Assembly: GCA_030651305.1 (NCBI GenBank)
Contig: JAUSCI010000073.1
Location: forward strand, 5,155 to 69,154
Origin: Sulfuritalea sp.
GTDB taxonomy: Bacteria; Pseudomonadota; Gammaproteobacteria; Burkholderiales; Rhodocyclaceae
Direction: 5' to 3'
Length of the DNA stretch: 64,000 bases
Below are positions 33,678-44,360 of the stretch, piece by piece; the first letter of the stretch is position 1; the number at the start of each line of letters is the position of its first letter. The position numbers were made by a program, and so were the translations under genes. The notes beneath the pieces were generated by a model, which was given only the letters and a program-made list of their open reading frames with translations, searched no databases and was not told where the DNA came from.

Positions 33678-34893
33678 GGCGTTTGCGATAAGCATCGAGA
33701 AAACGCGCGATGCGGCCGATCGCCTCGCGCAGGTCGTCCTCATGCGGCAGGAAGACCAGGCGGAAATGATCGGGATGCGGCCAGTTGAATCCCGTGCCCT
33801 GCACCAGCAGAACCTTCTCCGCCATCAGCAATTCTTCAATGAAGGCCTGATCGTCGGTGATCGGGTACATTTTCTGATCAAGCCGCGGAAACATGTACAG
33901 CGTTGCCTGGGGCTTGACGCAACTGACGCCGGGAATGGCGTTGATCAGGTCAAAGGCGACATCGCGCTGGCGGCACATGCGCCCGCCCGGCGCGACCAGG
34001 TCGTCGATGCTCTGATAGCCGCCCAGCGCCGTCTGGATGCCCCACTGGCCGGGAACATTGGCGCACAGGCGCATCGAGGCCAGCATGTCGAGGCCGTCGA
34101 TGTAATCGCGCGCATGTTTCTTTTCGCCGGAAACGATCATCCAGCCGGACCGGTAGCCGCAGGACCGGTAGTTCTTCGACAGGCCGTTGAAGGTAATCGT
34201 CAGCACGTCTTCCGACAATGCCGCGATCGAGGTGTGGATAGCGCCGTCGTAGAGCACCTTGTCATAGACCTCGTCGGCATAGATGATCAGGTCATTCTGC
34301 CGGGCGATTTCGATGATCTCTTTCAGCACCTCGTCGGGATACAGGGCCCCGGTCGGATTGTTGGGGTTGATGACCACGATCGCCCGCGTCTGGGGCGTGA
34401 TCCTGGCGCGGATGTCGGCCAGATCGGGCAGCCAGCCGGCGCCTTCGTCGCACAGGTAGTGACGCGGCGTACCACCGGAAAGACTCACGGCGGCAGTCCA
34501 TAGCGGATAGTCGGGTGCCGGCACCAGGACTTCATCGCCGGTATCGAGCAGAGCATTCATGGCCATCACGATCAGTTCCGAAACACCGTTGCCGATGTAG
34601 ATGTCTTCTATCGTCACGCCCTTGATATGTTTCTGCTGCGTGTAGTGCATCACCGCCTTGCGCGCGGAAAAAATGCCCTTCGAATCGACATAACCGGCGG
34701 CGTTGGGCAGGTTGCGGATCATGTCCTGCTGGATTTCTTCGGGGGAATCGAAGCCGAAAGCGGCGAGGTTGCCGATGTTCAGCTTGATGATCTTGTGGCC
34801 CTCCTCTTCCATCTGCCGGGCACGGGCGAGCACGGGCCCGCGAATGTCGTAGCAGACGTTATTGAGCTTGGCGGATTTGTTTACGGGCTGCAT
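33667..34893 (-). CDS. alaA: Alanine transaminase (class I PLP aminotransferase)
   Basis: NVCYDIRGPV N-terminus, INPNNPTG, DEVYDK and NGLSKNYR; conserved position upstream of hom. Confidence 0.88.
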   Translation of the reverse strand: MQPVNKSAKLNNVCYDIRGPVLARARQMEEEGHKIIKLNIGNLAAFGFDSPEEIQQDMIRNLPNAAGYVDSKGIFSARKAVMHYTQQKHIKGVTIEDIYIGNGVSELIVMAMNALLDTGDEVLVPAPDYPLWTAAVSLSGGTPRHYLCDEGAGWLPDLADIRARITPQTRAIVVINPNNPTGALYPDEVLKEIIEIARQNDLIIYADEVYDKVLYDGAIHTSIAALSEDVLTITFNGLSKNYRSCGYRSGWMIVSGEKKHARDYIDGLDMLASMRLCANVPGQWGIQTALGGYQSIDDLVAPGGRMCRQRDVAFDLINAIPGVSCVKPQATLYMFPRLDQKMYPITDDQAFIEELLMAEKVLLVQGTGFNWPHPDHFRLVFLPHEDDLREAIGRIARFLDAYRKRHGT

Positions 34894-35082
34894 GTGCAAC
34901 GATCCTTTCTGCATGATGCCGGCCCGGCCGGGCAACATCGGTAAAGGTATAATGTTAAACGAAGCTTATGCTGCACCGCAAATCCAGATGTGATGCGGCT
35001 TTCAGCCACTCATGGTTCTGCTCGCTCTTTGTTGGCTTATTGCCAACTTCATTGACAACTTCGCGCCACCCAGCCGCCCCGA

Positions 35083-35463
35083 ATGAAGCTGCATTCACCT
35101 GCCACCGTCGGTCTGCTTGCAATCACGTCCTACGATGCCGGGCACATCGCCGTGAACGGCCGCCGATTGACGAAAAGCTTTCTCCTGACACCGCATCGCC
35201 TGATCGAAGACTGGCCGCCGGACTCACTCGACAACGTGACTGCATCCGACCTGCAAGCGCTTGCCGACCTCAACTGCCCGATCGTCCTGCTCGGCACCGG
35301 GGCACGCCAGCGTTTCCCGGCTCCCGCCCTGTTGCGCTCGCTGACCGAACGCCGCATCGGCATCGAGGTGATGGACAGCGGCGCGGCCTGCCGCACCTAC
35401 AACGTCCTCATGGCGGAAGGACGCGACGTCGCCGCGGCACTGATCATCGAATGCGCAAGCTGA
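35083..35463 (+). CDS. Mth938-like (DUF498) protein
   Basis: IVLLGTG...GIEVMDSGAACRTYNVLMAEGRDVAAALI. Confidence 0.9.
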   Translation: MKLHSPATVGLLAITSYDAGHIAVNGRRLTKSFLLTPHRLIEDWPPDSLDNVTASDLQALADLNCPIVLLGTGARQRFPAPALLRSLTERRIGIEVMDSGAACRTYNVLMAEGRDVAAALIIECAS

Positions 35464-37115
35464 TTGAACTGCGTCGCGGGCCTTTGCTCGCACTGCTGCT
35501 GGTTTTTGTGCTGGTCTGGTTCGGCACGCTGCAACAGCGCCGCCTGATCAACCCCGACGAAGGCCGCTATGCGGAGATTCCGCGCGAAATGGTCGCCACG
35601 GGCGACTGGCTGACGCCGCGCCTGAACGGCATCAAGTACTTCGAAAAGCCCGCGTTGCAGTACTGGGCTACAGCCACCGCCTTCACCATTTTTGGCGAAC
35701 ATCACTGGACAGCAAGACTGTGGCCGGCGCTCACCGGCTTCCTCGGCGTGCTCGCTGCGGCTTTCGCCACGGCCAGGCTGTTCGGCCCCCAGGCCGGACT
35801 GATCGCCGGCGCGGTGCTGGCTGGCAGCGTGCTGTGGAATGTAATCGGCCACGTCAATACCCTGGACATGGGCGTCAGCTTCTTTCTGGCCAGCGCGGTA
35901 TTCGCCCTGTGCCTGGGGCAACGCGATGAGGCGAGTTTGCGTGAAAACTCGAATGAAAGTCGGCGCTGGCAGGACGCCGCATGGGTACTGCTGGCGCTGG
36001 CCATTCTCTCCAAGGGCCTGATCGGCCTGGTGCTGCCCGCAGCAACCGTCGTCGCCTACGCCCTGTGGCAGCGCGACTGGGGCTTGATCCTGCGCATCCG
36101 CCCGCTGCGCGGCCTGCTGATCCTGCTCGCCATCACGGCACCCTGGTTCATTGCGGTGTCATGGGCCAACCCGGAGTTCGCCCGCTTCTTCTTCATCCAC
36201 GAGCATTTCGAGCGCTTCCTGACCAAGGCTCACGGCCGCTATCAGCCGATGTGGTACTTCATCCCCATCTTGCTGCTCGGCATGCTGCCGTGGCTCGGCA
36301 GTCTTGCGCAAGGCATTGCCGCCGGCTTTCGCACGGACGCCGGTCGCCACTTCCAGCCACGCCGCTTCCTGCTGGTGTGGATCGCCGTGGTCTTCGTCTT
36401 TTTTTCGGCCTCCAGTTCCAAACTGGCCTCCTACATCCTGCCGATTTTCCCGGCACTTGCCGCATTGATCGGACTGCATCTGGCGAGTTATTCCGCTTCC
36501 CGCCGCATCGAATGGCATGCCCTGCCCGCCATCATCATTGGCGGCGTTTGTCTGTTCCTGGTGCCCTACGTCACCCGATTCGCCAACGAAACCGTTCCGA
36601 CCGCACTCTACCAGGCCTACCAACCCTGGCTGTATGGAGGGGCTGCCGCACTGCTGCTGGGCGGCCTGGTCGGCTTCTGGCTGGGACGGCGGGGACACAG
36701 CGTGGCCGCCGTATTCGCCCTGGCCTTCGGCGGATTCGCCTTCGGTCAGGGTTTTCTGCTGGGCCACGACAGCCTCGGATCGGTCAATTCGGCACACGAT
36801 GTGGCTGCGGCCATCCGCGAGCAGGTGAAGCAGGATGCGCCGTTTTTTAGCGTTAACACCTACGATCAGAGCTTGCAGTTCTACTTGAAGCGCACCACCA
36901 CCATGGTCGCCTATCGCGACGAACTGGGCTTCGGCATCGATCAGGAACCCGACAAATTCATTGCCGACGTCGCCGGCCTCGAGAAAGCATGGAACGCCGC
37001 GCCCGTCGCCTGGGCGCTGATGTCGCCAGGCACCTGGAAGGAAATGACTGCCAAAGGAGTACCCATGACCGAAGTCATCCGCGACAGCCGTCGCGTCATT
37101 GTGAGAAAGCCATGA
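35451..37115 (+). CDS. arnT: ArnT-like lipid A L-Ara4N transferase (PMT/GT83 family)
   Basis: PDEGRYAEIPREMVATGDW...YFEKP, LSKG, FFIHEHFERF; many TM helices. Start at ATG 35451. Confidence 0.85.
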   Translation: MRKLIELRRGPLLALLLVFVLVWFGTLQQRRLINPDEGRYAEIPREMVATGDWLTPRLNGIKYFEKPALQYWATATAFTIFGEHHWTARLWPALTGFLGVLAAAFATARLFGPQAGLIAGAVLAGSVLWNVIGHVNTLDMGVSFFLASAVFALCLGQRDEASLRENSNESRRWQDAAWVLLALAILSKGLIGLVLPAATVVAYALWQRDWGLILRIRPLRGLLILLAITAPWFIAVSWANPEFARFFFIHEHFERFLTKAHGRYQPMWYFIPILLLGMLPWLGSLAQGIAAGFRTDAGRHFQPRRFLLVWIAVVFVFFSASSSKLASYILPIFPALAALIGLHLASYSASRRIEWHALPAIIIGGVCLFLVPYVTRFANETVPTALYQAYQPWLYGGAAALLLGGLVGFWLGRRGHSVAAVFALAFGGFAFGQGFLLGHDSLGSVNSAHDVAAAIREQVKQDAPFFSVNTYDQSLQFYLKRTTTMVAYRDELGFGIDQEPDKFIADVAGLEKAWNAAPVAWALMSPGTWKEMTAKGVPMTEVIRDSRRVIVRKP

Positions 37116-37116
37116 G

Positions 37117-37484
37117 ATGAATGCCATCAGCTTTTCCCTGGTCCTCACCGGCGTACTGTTGAACGCCGCCGCGCAACTGTTCCTCAAGGCCGGCACCAAC
37201 GTGGTCGGACACTTCGAGTTTCATGCCGATAACATTGTGCCGATCGGCCTCAAGCTGGCCTTCCAGCCCTTCATCATGGGCGGCATGGCCTGCTACGCGG
37301 TCAGTCTGGTGGTCTGGATCATGGCGCTGTCGCGGGTTCCCGTGTCGATCGCCTATCCGATGCTGTCGATCGGCTACGTGATCAATGCCTTCGTTGCCTG
37401 GCAGTGGTTCGGCGAGGCGCTGGCGGCGCAAAAGCTGTTGGGCATCGGATTTATCGTCGTTGGCGTGTTTCTCGTCGCCCGGTC

Positions 37485-37488
<4 letters not shown>
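37117..37488 (+). CDS. SMR/EamA-family flippase subunit (ArnE/ArnF-like)
   Basis: 123 aa, four hydrophobic helices, LSRVPVSIAYPMLSIGY motif; inside the arn operon. Confidence 0.8.
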
Positions 37489-38894
<1,406 letters not shown>

Positions 38895-38895
<1 letters not shown>

Positions 38896-39323
38896 TGCTT
38901 TATCTGGATACATCCGTCGTCCTGGCCTTGTTCGTTCGCGAGCCGATGTCAGAGTCCATCGGCAAATGGATCGCGTCCCGCCGCCAGCCCCTGGCCTTCA
39001 GCGACTGGGGACTGACGGAATGCGCCTCGGCGCTCGGCATTCGGCTACGCCGCGGCGAACTTGGCAATGACGCAGCCACCCGCGCCCTCGGTGCGATGAC
39101 GACTTTCACCAACGAATCCTGCGAACTCATTGCCGGCGCCGGCCACCACCAAAAGGAAGCGCAAAGACTGCTGGCGCGCTTCGACCTGCCCTTGCGCTCT
39201 GGCGATGCCTTGCATCTGGCGATCAGCCAGCATGTTCAAGCCACCTTGGTGACCTGCGACAAACAACTGATGGCTGCCGCCAAAGCGATTGGAGCCAAAG
39301 CCCGCGATCCGCTAGCACTTTAA
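38895..39323 (+). CDS. vapC: VapC PIN-domain toxin
   Basis: LYLDTSVV N-terminus, conserved acidic residues, LRSGDALHLA...LVTCDKQL. Confidence 0.9.
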
Positions 39324-39351
39324 ACAATCAGACCCTGGCCCCTTTAATAGT

Positions 39352-39627
39352 ATGTTCAAGTTTGAGTGGGACAATCGAAAGGCAACGAGCAACTTGAAAA
39401 AACACGGCATCTCGTTTGACGAGGCCATCAGCGTTTTTGTGGACGAAATGGCATTGACATTTGCCGACACGGATAACTTCGAGTCCGAAGATCGAAGCCG
39501 GACCTACGGCATGTCAAACAGAGGGCGCCTTCTCGTGGTGGTTCACACGGAGCGCCGCAACAGTGTTCGAATCATCAGCGCGCGAAAGGCGACTCGATAT
39601 GAAAAAGGCATCTACAGCAAGGTCTGA
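39352..39627 (+). CDS. brnT: BrnT-family toxin (DUF497)
   Basis: FEWDNRKATSNLKKHGISFDEA...EDR...RIISARKAT. Confidence 0.92.
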   Translation: MFKFEWDNRKATSNLKKHGISFDEAISVFVDEMALTFADTDNFESEDRSRTYGMSNRGRLLVVVHTERRNSVRIISARKATRYEKGIYSKV

Positions 39628-39862
39628 TCAGGACATCCCTGAATTGAAGCGCGAGCAACTCGGCTCCGGCGTGCGCGGCAAATATCTCAAGCACTTCGCA
39701 CAAGGGAGTAATGTAGTTATCCTGAACCCGGAAATACAAAAGGCATTCCCGACCTCGGAAGCCGTCAACAAGGCGTTGGCAAGCATGCTGGCCTTTGCGC
39801 AAGAAACGCGTGGCCTGACGGCGCACTCAACGAGAACGCCCCGCAAGCGGGCCACCGCTTAG
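39599..39862 (+). CDS. BrnA-like antitoxin
   Basis: 87 aa overlapping brnT; GVRGKY...VILNPEIQKAFPTSEAVNKAL segment resembles BrnT-partner antitoxins. Confidence 0.75.
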   Translation: MKKASTARSDQDIPELKREQLGSGVRGKYLKHFAQGSNVVILNPEIQKAFPTSEAVNKALASMLAFAQETRGLTAHSTRTPRKRATA

Positions 39863-39876
39863 TTTTGAAGTTGTCT
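39813..39876 (+). mobile_element. Degenerate integron attC-like site (orphan)
   Basis: GCCTGAC (R''-like, AAC changed to GAC) - GGCGC - ACTCAAC (L''-like) - central CCCGCAAGCGGG hairpin - GCTTAG (L') - TTTTGAA - GTT (R'); 64 bp overlapping the antitoxin 3' end. Confidence 0.5.
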
Positions 39877-39882
39877 CCCCCC

Positions 39883-40821
39883 ATGCCGACACCCGTCCTC
39901 TCCATCGTCATCCCCGTCTACAACGAGGAAGCCACACTCGCCACCTTGTTCGCCCGCCTTTATCCGGCGCTCGACGCACTCGGCGACACCTACGAAGTGG
40001 TCTTCATCAACGACGGCAGCCGCGATCGCTCGGCGGCGATCCTGCGCGAGCAATACGAGGTGCGGCCGAACGTCACCCGCGTCATCCTTTTTTCCGCCAA
40101 CGCCGGTCAGCACATGGCGATCATGGCCGGCTTCGAGCATTGCCGCGGCGACATTGTCGTCACACTGGACGCCGACCTGCAGAACCCGCCCGAGGAAATC
40201 GGTAAGCTGGTTGCCAAGATGCGCGAAGGCCACGACTACGTCGGCAGCATCCGCCGCAAGCGTCAGGACAGCCTGTTCCGCACCTGGGCCTCGAAGGCGA
40301 TGAACCGGCTGCGCGAGAAGATCACCCATATCAAGATCACCGACCAGGGCAACATGCTGCGCGCCTATTCGCGCGGCGTGGTGAATGCCATCAACAGTTG
40401 CAAGGAAGTCGCCACCTTCATTCCGGCGCTGGCCTACACGTTTGCACGCAGTCCGGCCGAAGTGGTGGTCGAACATGAGGAACGTGCCGCCGGCGAATCG
40501 AAGTATTCGCTCTACAGCCTGATACGCCTCAACTTCGATTTGATGACCGGCTTTTCGCTGGTGCCGCTGCAATGGTTTTCCATGCTCGGCATCCTCGTCT
40601 CGCTCGGCTCGGCCGCATTATTCGTGCTGCTGATCGCACGACGCCTGATCCTCGGTCCGGAAGCCGAGGGCCTGTTCACCCTCTTCGCGCTGATGTTCTT
40701 CCTGATCGGGCTCGCCCTGTTCGGCATCGGGCTGCTCGGCGAATACATCGGCCGCATTTACCAGCAGGTGCGTCACCGACCGCGCTATCTGATAGAGGCG
40801 ATCCTGGAACAAAAGGAATGA
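39883..40821 (+). CDS. arnC: Undecaprenyl-phosphate L-Ara4FN transferase (GT2)
   Basis: SIVIPVYNEE, NDGSRD, LDADLQNPPE, two C-terminal TM helices. Confidence 0.85.
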   Translation: MPTPVLSIVIPVYNEEATLATLFARLYPALDALGDTYEVVFINDGSRDRSAAILREQYEVRPNVTRVILFSANAGQHMAIMAGFEHCRGDIVVTLDADLQNPPEEIGKLVAKMREGHDYVGSIRRKRQDSLFRTWASKAMNRLREKITHIKITDQGNMLRAYSRGVVNAINSCKEVATFIPALAYTFARSPAEVVVEHEERAAGESKYSLYSLIRLNFDLMTGFSLVPLQWFSMLGILVSLGSAALFVLLIARRLILGPEAEGLFTLFALMFFLIGLALFGIGLLGEYIGRIYQQVRHRPRYLIEAILEQKE

Positions 40822-41756
40822 GCCGCGCCGTTGTTTTTGCCTACCACAATGTAGGCGTGCGCTGCCTGTCGGTGCTGCTGGCGCATGGGGTGGATGTGGT
40901 CCGCGTGGTGACGCACCAGGACAGCCCGAGCGAAACCATCTGGTTCGACAGTGTCGCCGAACTGGCGGCACGTCACGACATTCCCGTGATCGCACCCGAG
41001 GATCCCAACGATCCCGCAGTAGTCGCCGAACTGGCCGCGCTGCGACCCGATTTCCTGTTTTCCTTCTACTACCGGCTGATGCTGAAGGCACCGCTGCTGG
41101 CGCTGCCGAAACTCGGCGCCTGGAACATGCACGGCTCGTTGCTGCCCAGATATCGCGGCCGCGTACCGGTAAATTGGGCAATCATCCACGGCGAGCGGCA
41201 AACCGGCGCCACCCTGCACCGGATGCTGGAAAAACCCGATGCCGGTGGCATCGTGGCGCAGCAGGCAGTGCCCATCCTGCCCGACGACACGGCGCTGGAG
41301 GTGTTCAACAAGGTCACGCTGGCGGCCGAAATCGCCCTGGACCGCGTGCTCCCCGATCTGCTGGCGGGTCGTGCGGTCGCCAAACCACAGGACCTCGCGG
41401 CAGGCAGCTACTTTGGTGGTCGCAAGGCGGAAGACGGACGCATCGACTGGACTCAGCCGGCTACTGCGGTGCATAACCTGATCCGTGCCGTAGCCCCGCC
41501 TTATCCGGGCGCCTTTTCAGACACCGCAATGGGTCGCCTCAGGGTTCTGCGCACGCTGCATGCAACGCCCCGGCCCGGCAAGCATTTCGGTCGCCCCACC
41601 CTGTTCGCAGCAGATGGCCGCCTGTATGCCGAGTGCGGTGACGGGGGCATTTTGCGGCTCCTCGCGGTAGAATTGGGGGCTTCACCACTGGTCCCATCCA
41701 CAGCAGGCGATCAGATCAACGCAATTCTTGGAACCTCGGCACTCTCCCTGTCATGA
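40818..41756 (+). CDS. Formyltransferase (stand-alone ArnA N-terminal domain)
   Basis: AVVFAYHNVG, FSFYYR and NMHGSLLPRYRGRVPVNW. Confidence 0.88.
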   Translation: MSRAVVFAYHNVGVRCLSVLLAHGVDVVRVVTHQDSPSETIWFDSVAELAARHDIPVIAPEDPNDPAVVAELAALRPDFLFSFYYRLMLKAPLLALPKLGAWNMHGSLLPRYRGRVPVNWAIIHGERQTGATLHRMLEKPDAGGIVAQQAVPILPDDTALEVFNKVTLAAEIALDRVLPDLLAGRAVAKPQDLAAGSYFGGRKAEDGRIDWTQPATAVHNLIRAVAPPYPGAFSDTAMGRLRVLRTLHATPRPGKHFGRPTLFAADGRLYAECGDGGILRLLAVELGASPLVPSTAGDQINAILGTSALSLS

Positions 41757-42796
41757 AGAAGATCCTCATTCTCGGCGTCAATGGCTTCATCGGCCACCAC
41801 CTTTCCCAGCGCATCCTGAACACCACCGACTGGGAAGTCTATGGCATGGACATGAACTCCGAGCGTGTCACCGAGTTGATGCAGAACCCCCGCTTTCATT
41901 TCTTCGAAGGCGACATCATGATCAACAAGGAGTGGATCGAGTACCACGTCAGGAAATGCGATGTGATCCTGCCGCTGGTTGCCATCGCCACGCCGGCCAC
42001 CTACGTCAAGGAACCCTTGCGCGTTTTCGAACTCGACTTCGAGGCCAACCTGCCGATCATCCGCCAGACGGTGAAATACAAGAAGCGCGTGATTTTTCCG
42101 TCGACCTCCGAGGTCTACGGCATGTGCAAGGATCCGGAATTCGATCCGGAGAACTCCGAACTCGTCCTCGGCCCGATCAACAAGCCGCGCTGGATCTACT
42201 CCTGCGCCAAGCAGATGATGGATCGCGTGATCCACGCCTACGGCCAGCAGGAAGGCCTCGATTACACGCTGTTCCGCCCCTTCAACTGGATCGGTCCCGG
42301 CCTCGATTCGATTTATACGCCGAAGGAAGGCTCAAGCCGCGTCATCACCCAGTTCCTCGGCCACATCGTCCGTGGCGAACCGATTAAGCTGGTCGACGGC
42401 GGCGCGCAGAAGCGCTCCTTCACCTATGTCTCTGACGGTATCGACGCGCTGATGAAGATCATCGAGAACAAGGATGGCATCGCCAACAGCAAGATTTACA
42501 ACATCGGCAACCCTAAGAACAACTACTCCATCCGCGAACTCGCCACGCTGATGCTCGATCTGGCAAAGCAGTATCCCGAATATGCCGAGGGTCTGGCCAA
42601 GGTGAAGATTCTGGAAACAACGTCGGGCGAGTATTACGGCAAGGGTTATCAGGACACGCAGCATCGCGTGCCGAAGATCACCAACACCATGAGTGAGCTC
42701 GACTGGGAACCCACGGTTACTTTTGAGGACGCCCTGCGCAGCATCTTCGAGGCCTATCGCAACGACGTGGCCGAAGCGCGCAAACTGATGGATTGA
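41753..42796 (+). CDS. arnA: UDP-glucuronate dehydrogenase/decarboxylase (stand-alone ArnA C-terminal domain)
   Basis: ILGVNGFIGHHL, PLVAIATP, FPSTSEVYG and RWIYSCAKQ. Confidence 0.88.
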   Translation: MKKILILGVNGFIGHHLSQRILNTTDWEVYGMDMNSERVTELMQNPRFHFFEGDIMINKEWIEYHVRKCDVILPLVAIATPATYVKEPLRVFELDFEANLPIIRQTVKYKKRVIFPSTSEVYGMCKDPEFDPENSELVLGPINKPRWIYSCAKQMMDRVIHAYGQQEGLDYTLFRPFNWIGPGLDSIYTPKEGSSRVITQFLGHIVRGEPIKLVDGGAQKRSFTYVSDGIDALMKIIENKDGIANSKIYNIGNPKNNYSIRELATLMLDLAKQYPEYAEGLAKVKILETTSGEYYGKGYQDTQHRVPKITNTMSELDWEPTVTFEDALRSIFEAYRNDVAEARKLMD

Positions 42797-42804
42797 GCTT
42801 CGAC

Positions 42805-43755
42805 ATGAAGCTCGCCCTGAAGATCGATGTCGATACCTGGCGCGGCACCCAGCAGGGCGTGCCGCGGCTGGTGGAAATTTTGCGTCGCCAGCGCGCTGAC
42901 GCGAGCTTCCTCTTCTCGCTCGGCCCCGATCACACCGGCCGCGCCATCAAGCGCGCCTTTCGCCCCGGCTTCATGAAAAAGGTGCAACGCACCTCCGTGG
43001 TTTCCCATTACGGCATCAAGACCCTGATGTACGGCACCCTGTTGCCCGGCCCGGACATTGGCCGTCGCGGCGCTGACATCATGCGCGCCACCCGCGACGC
43101 GGGATTCGAAACGGCGATCCACTGCTGGGATCACGTCAAGTGGCAGGACGGTGTCGAAAAAGCCAAGGCTCCCTGGACCGAGATCGAAATGCGCCGGGCC
43201 CACCAGCGCTATGCCGATATCTTCGGCGACGAGGCGCCCGGTCACGGCGCCGCCGGCTGGCAGATGAACGCTCATGCGCTGCGCATGACGCAGCGGCTGG
43301 GCTACCGCTGGGCCTCGGACTGCCGCGGGAGTCATCCCTTCGTTCCGGTGTGGAATGGCGAAATCGTGGCCTGCCCGCAATTGCCGACCACCCTGCCGAC
43401 ACTGGACGAACTGATCGGCACCGGCGACCTCACGGCGGACAACGTACACCTGCACTTGCTGCGCCTCACCGCGCAGACGACACCCGAATCGAACGGAACC
43501 GACAATTGCGGCGACCACGTTTTCACCCTGCATGCCGAACTCGAAGGTCTCAAGTTCGGCGATACCCTGGAGCGCCTGCTGACGGGCTGGCGCGAACAGG
43601 GGTACGAAATGGTATCGCTGGGCAAGATGCGCGACGCGCTCGACCCGGCGTTGCTGCCTCGCCACGAAATGGTTTGGGGCGAAATCCCCGGCCGCGCAGG
43701 CCTGTTGATGCTGCAGGGCGAGGAATTTCTGTCAACCTGGAAGGAAGCTGCATGA
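42805..43755 (+). CDS. arnD: L-Ara4FN deformylase (polysaccharide deacetylase family)
   Basis: LKIDVDT, GPDHTGRA, WDHVKWQD, PTTLPTLDE and FTLHAELEG. Confidence 0.85.
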   Translation: MKLALKIDVDTWRGTQQGVPRLVEILRRQRADASFLFSLGPDHTGRAIKRAFRPGFMKKVQRTSVVSHYGIKTLMYGTLLPGPDIGRRGADIMRATRDAGFETAIHCWDHVKWQDGVEKAKAPWTEIEMRRAHQRYADIFGDEAPGHGAAGWQMNAHALRMTQRLGYRWASDCRGSHPFVPVWNGEIVACPQLPTTLPTLDELIGTGDLTADNVHLHLLRLTAQTTPESNGTDNCGDHVFTLHAELEGLKFGDTLERLLTGWREQGYEMVSLGKMRDALDPALLPRHEMVWGEIPGRAGLLMLQGEEFLSTWKEAA

Positions 43756-44243
43756 CCGAAACCTCAATCTTCAACCCGCCTGCGCCCTCCGCGATCGGGC
43801 TGCGTGTTCCCGACTTCACCGTGCCCGCCACCGGCGGCGAGTTCACCCTTTCCGCCTTTCGCGGCAAGCCTCTGGTGCTGTATTTCTACCCGAAAGACAA
43901 CACGCCCGGCTGCACCACCCAGGCGCAGCAGTTCCGCGACCTGCATGCCGAATTCATCAAGGCCGGCTGTGTGGTGGTCGGTGTCTCGCGTGACTCACTG
44001 AAGTCGCACGAAAGTTTCAAGGCCAAGCTGGGGCTGCCCTTCGAACTTATTTCCGACATAGAAGGCGTCCTCTGCCGCGTCTTCGACGTGGTCAAGAACA
44101 AGATGCTGTACGGCAAAAAGGTGCTCGGCATCGAGCGCAGCACTTTCCTGATTGACGCCAGCGGCGCTCTGCGCCAGGAATGGCGCTCCACCAAGGCTGA
44201 CGGCAACGCCGCCATCGTGCTGGAAGCCGCGCGCAAGCTGTAA
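43752..44243 (+). CDS. bcp: Peroxiredoxin (Bcp/PrxQ)
   Basis: LYFYPKDNTPGCT motif and ERSTFLID. Confidence 0.92.
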   Translation: MTETSIFNPPAPSAIGLRVPDFTVPATGGEFTLSAFRGKPLVLYFYPKDNTPGCTTQAQQFRDLHAEFIKAGCVVVGVSRDSLKSHESFKAKLGLPFELISDIEGVLCRVFDVVKNKMLYGKKVLGIERSTFLIDASGALRQEWRSTKADGNAAIVLEAARKL

Positions 44244-44360
44244 GCCGGCGCCGTAATCCGGAACAGGGCCCGTATTCGGCCCTTTCCTTCCACCTTTCGA
44301 AACGGGGCGGCTGGCTATCTTGAGCATGGTCTCCCTCGTCACTCCTGCCTTGAGGTTTTC

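Noticed and set aside
39310-39351. attC site after vapC
   Set aside because: No RYYYAAC or GTTRRRY boxes and no hairpin; only the BrnTA pair has attC-like features.
44265-44290. Terminator after bcp (AGGGCC/GGCCCT)
   Set aside because: Short 6-bp stem with an interrupted U-tract; too weak to call.
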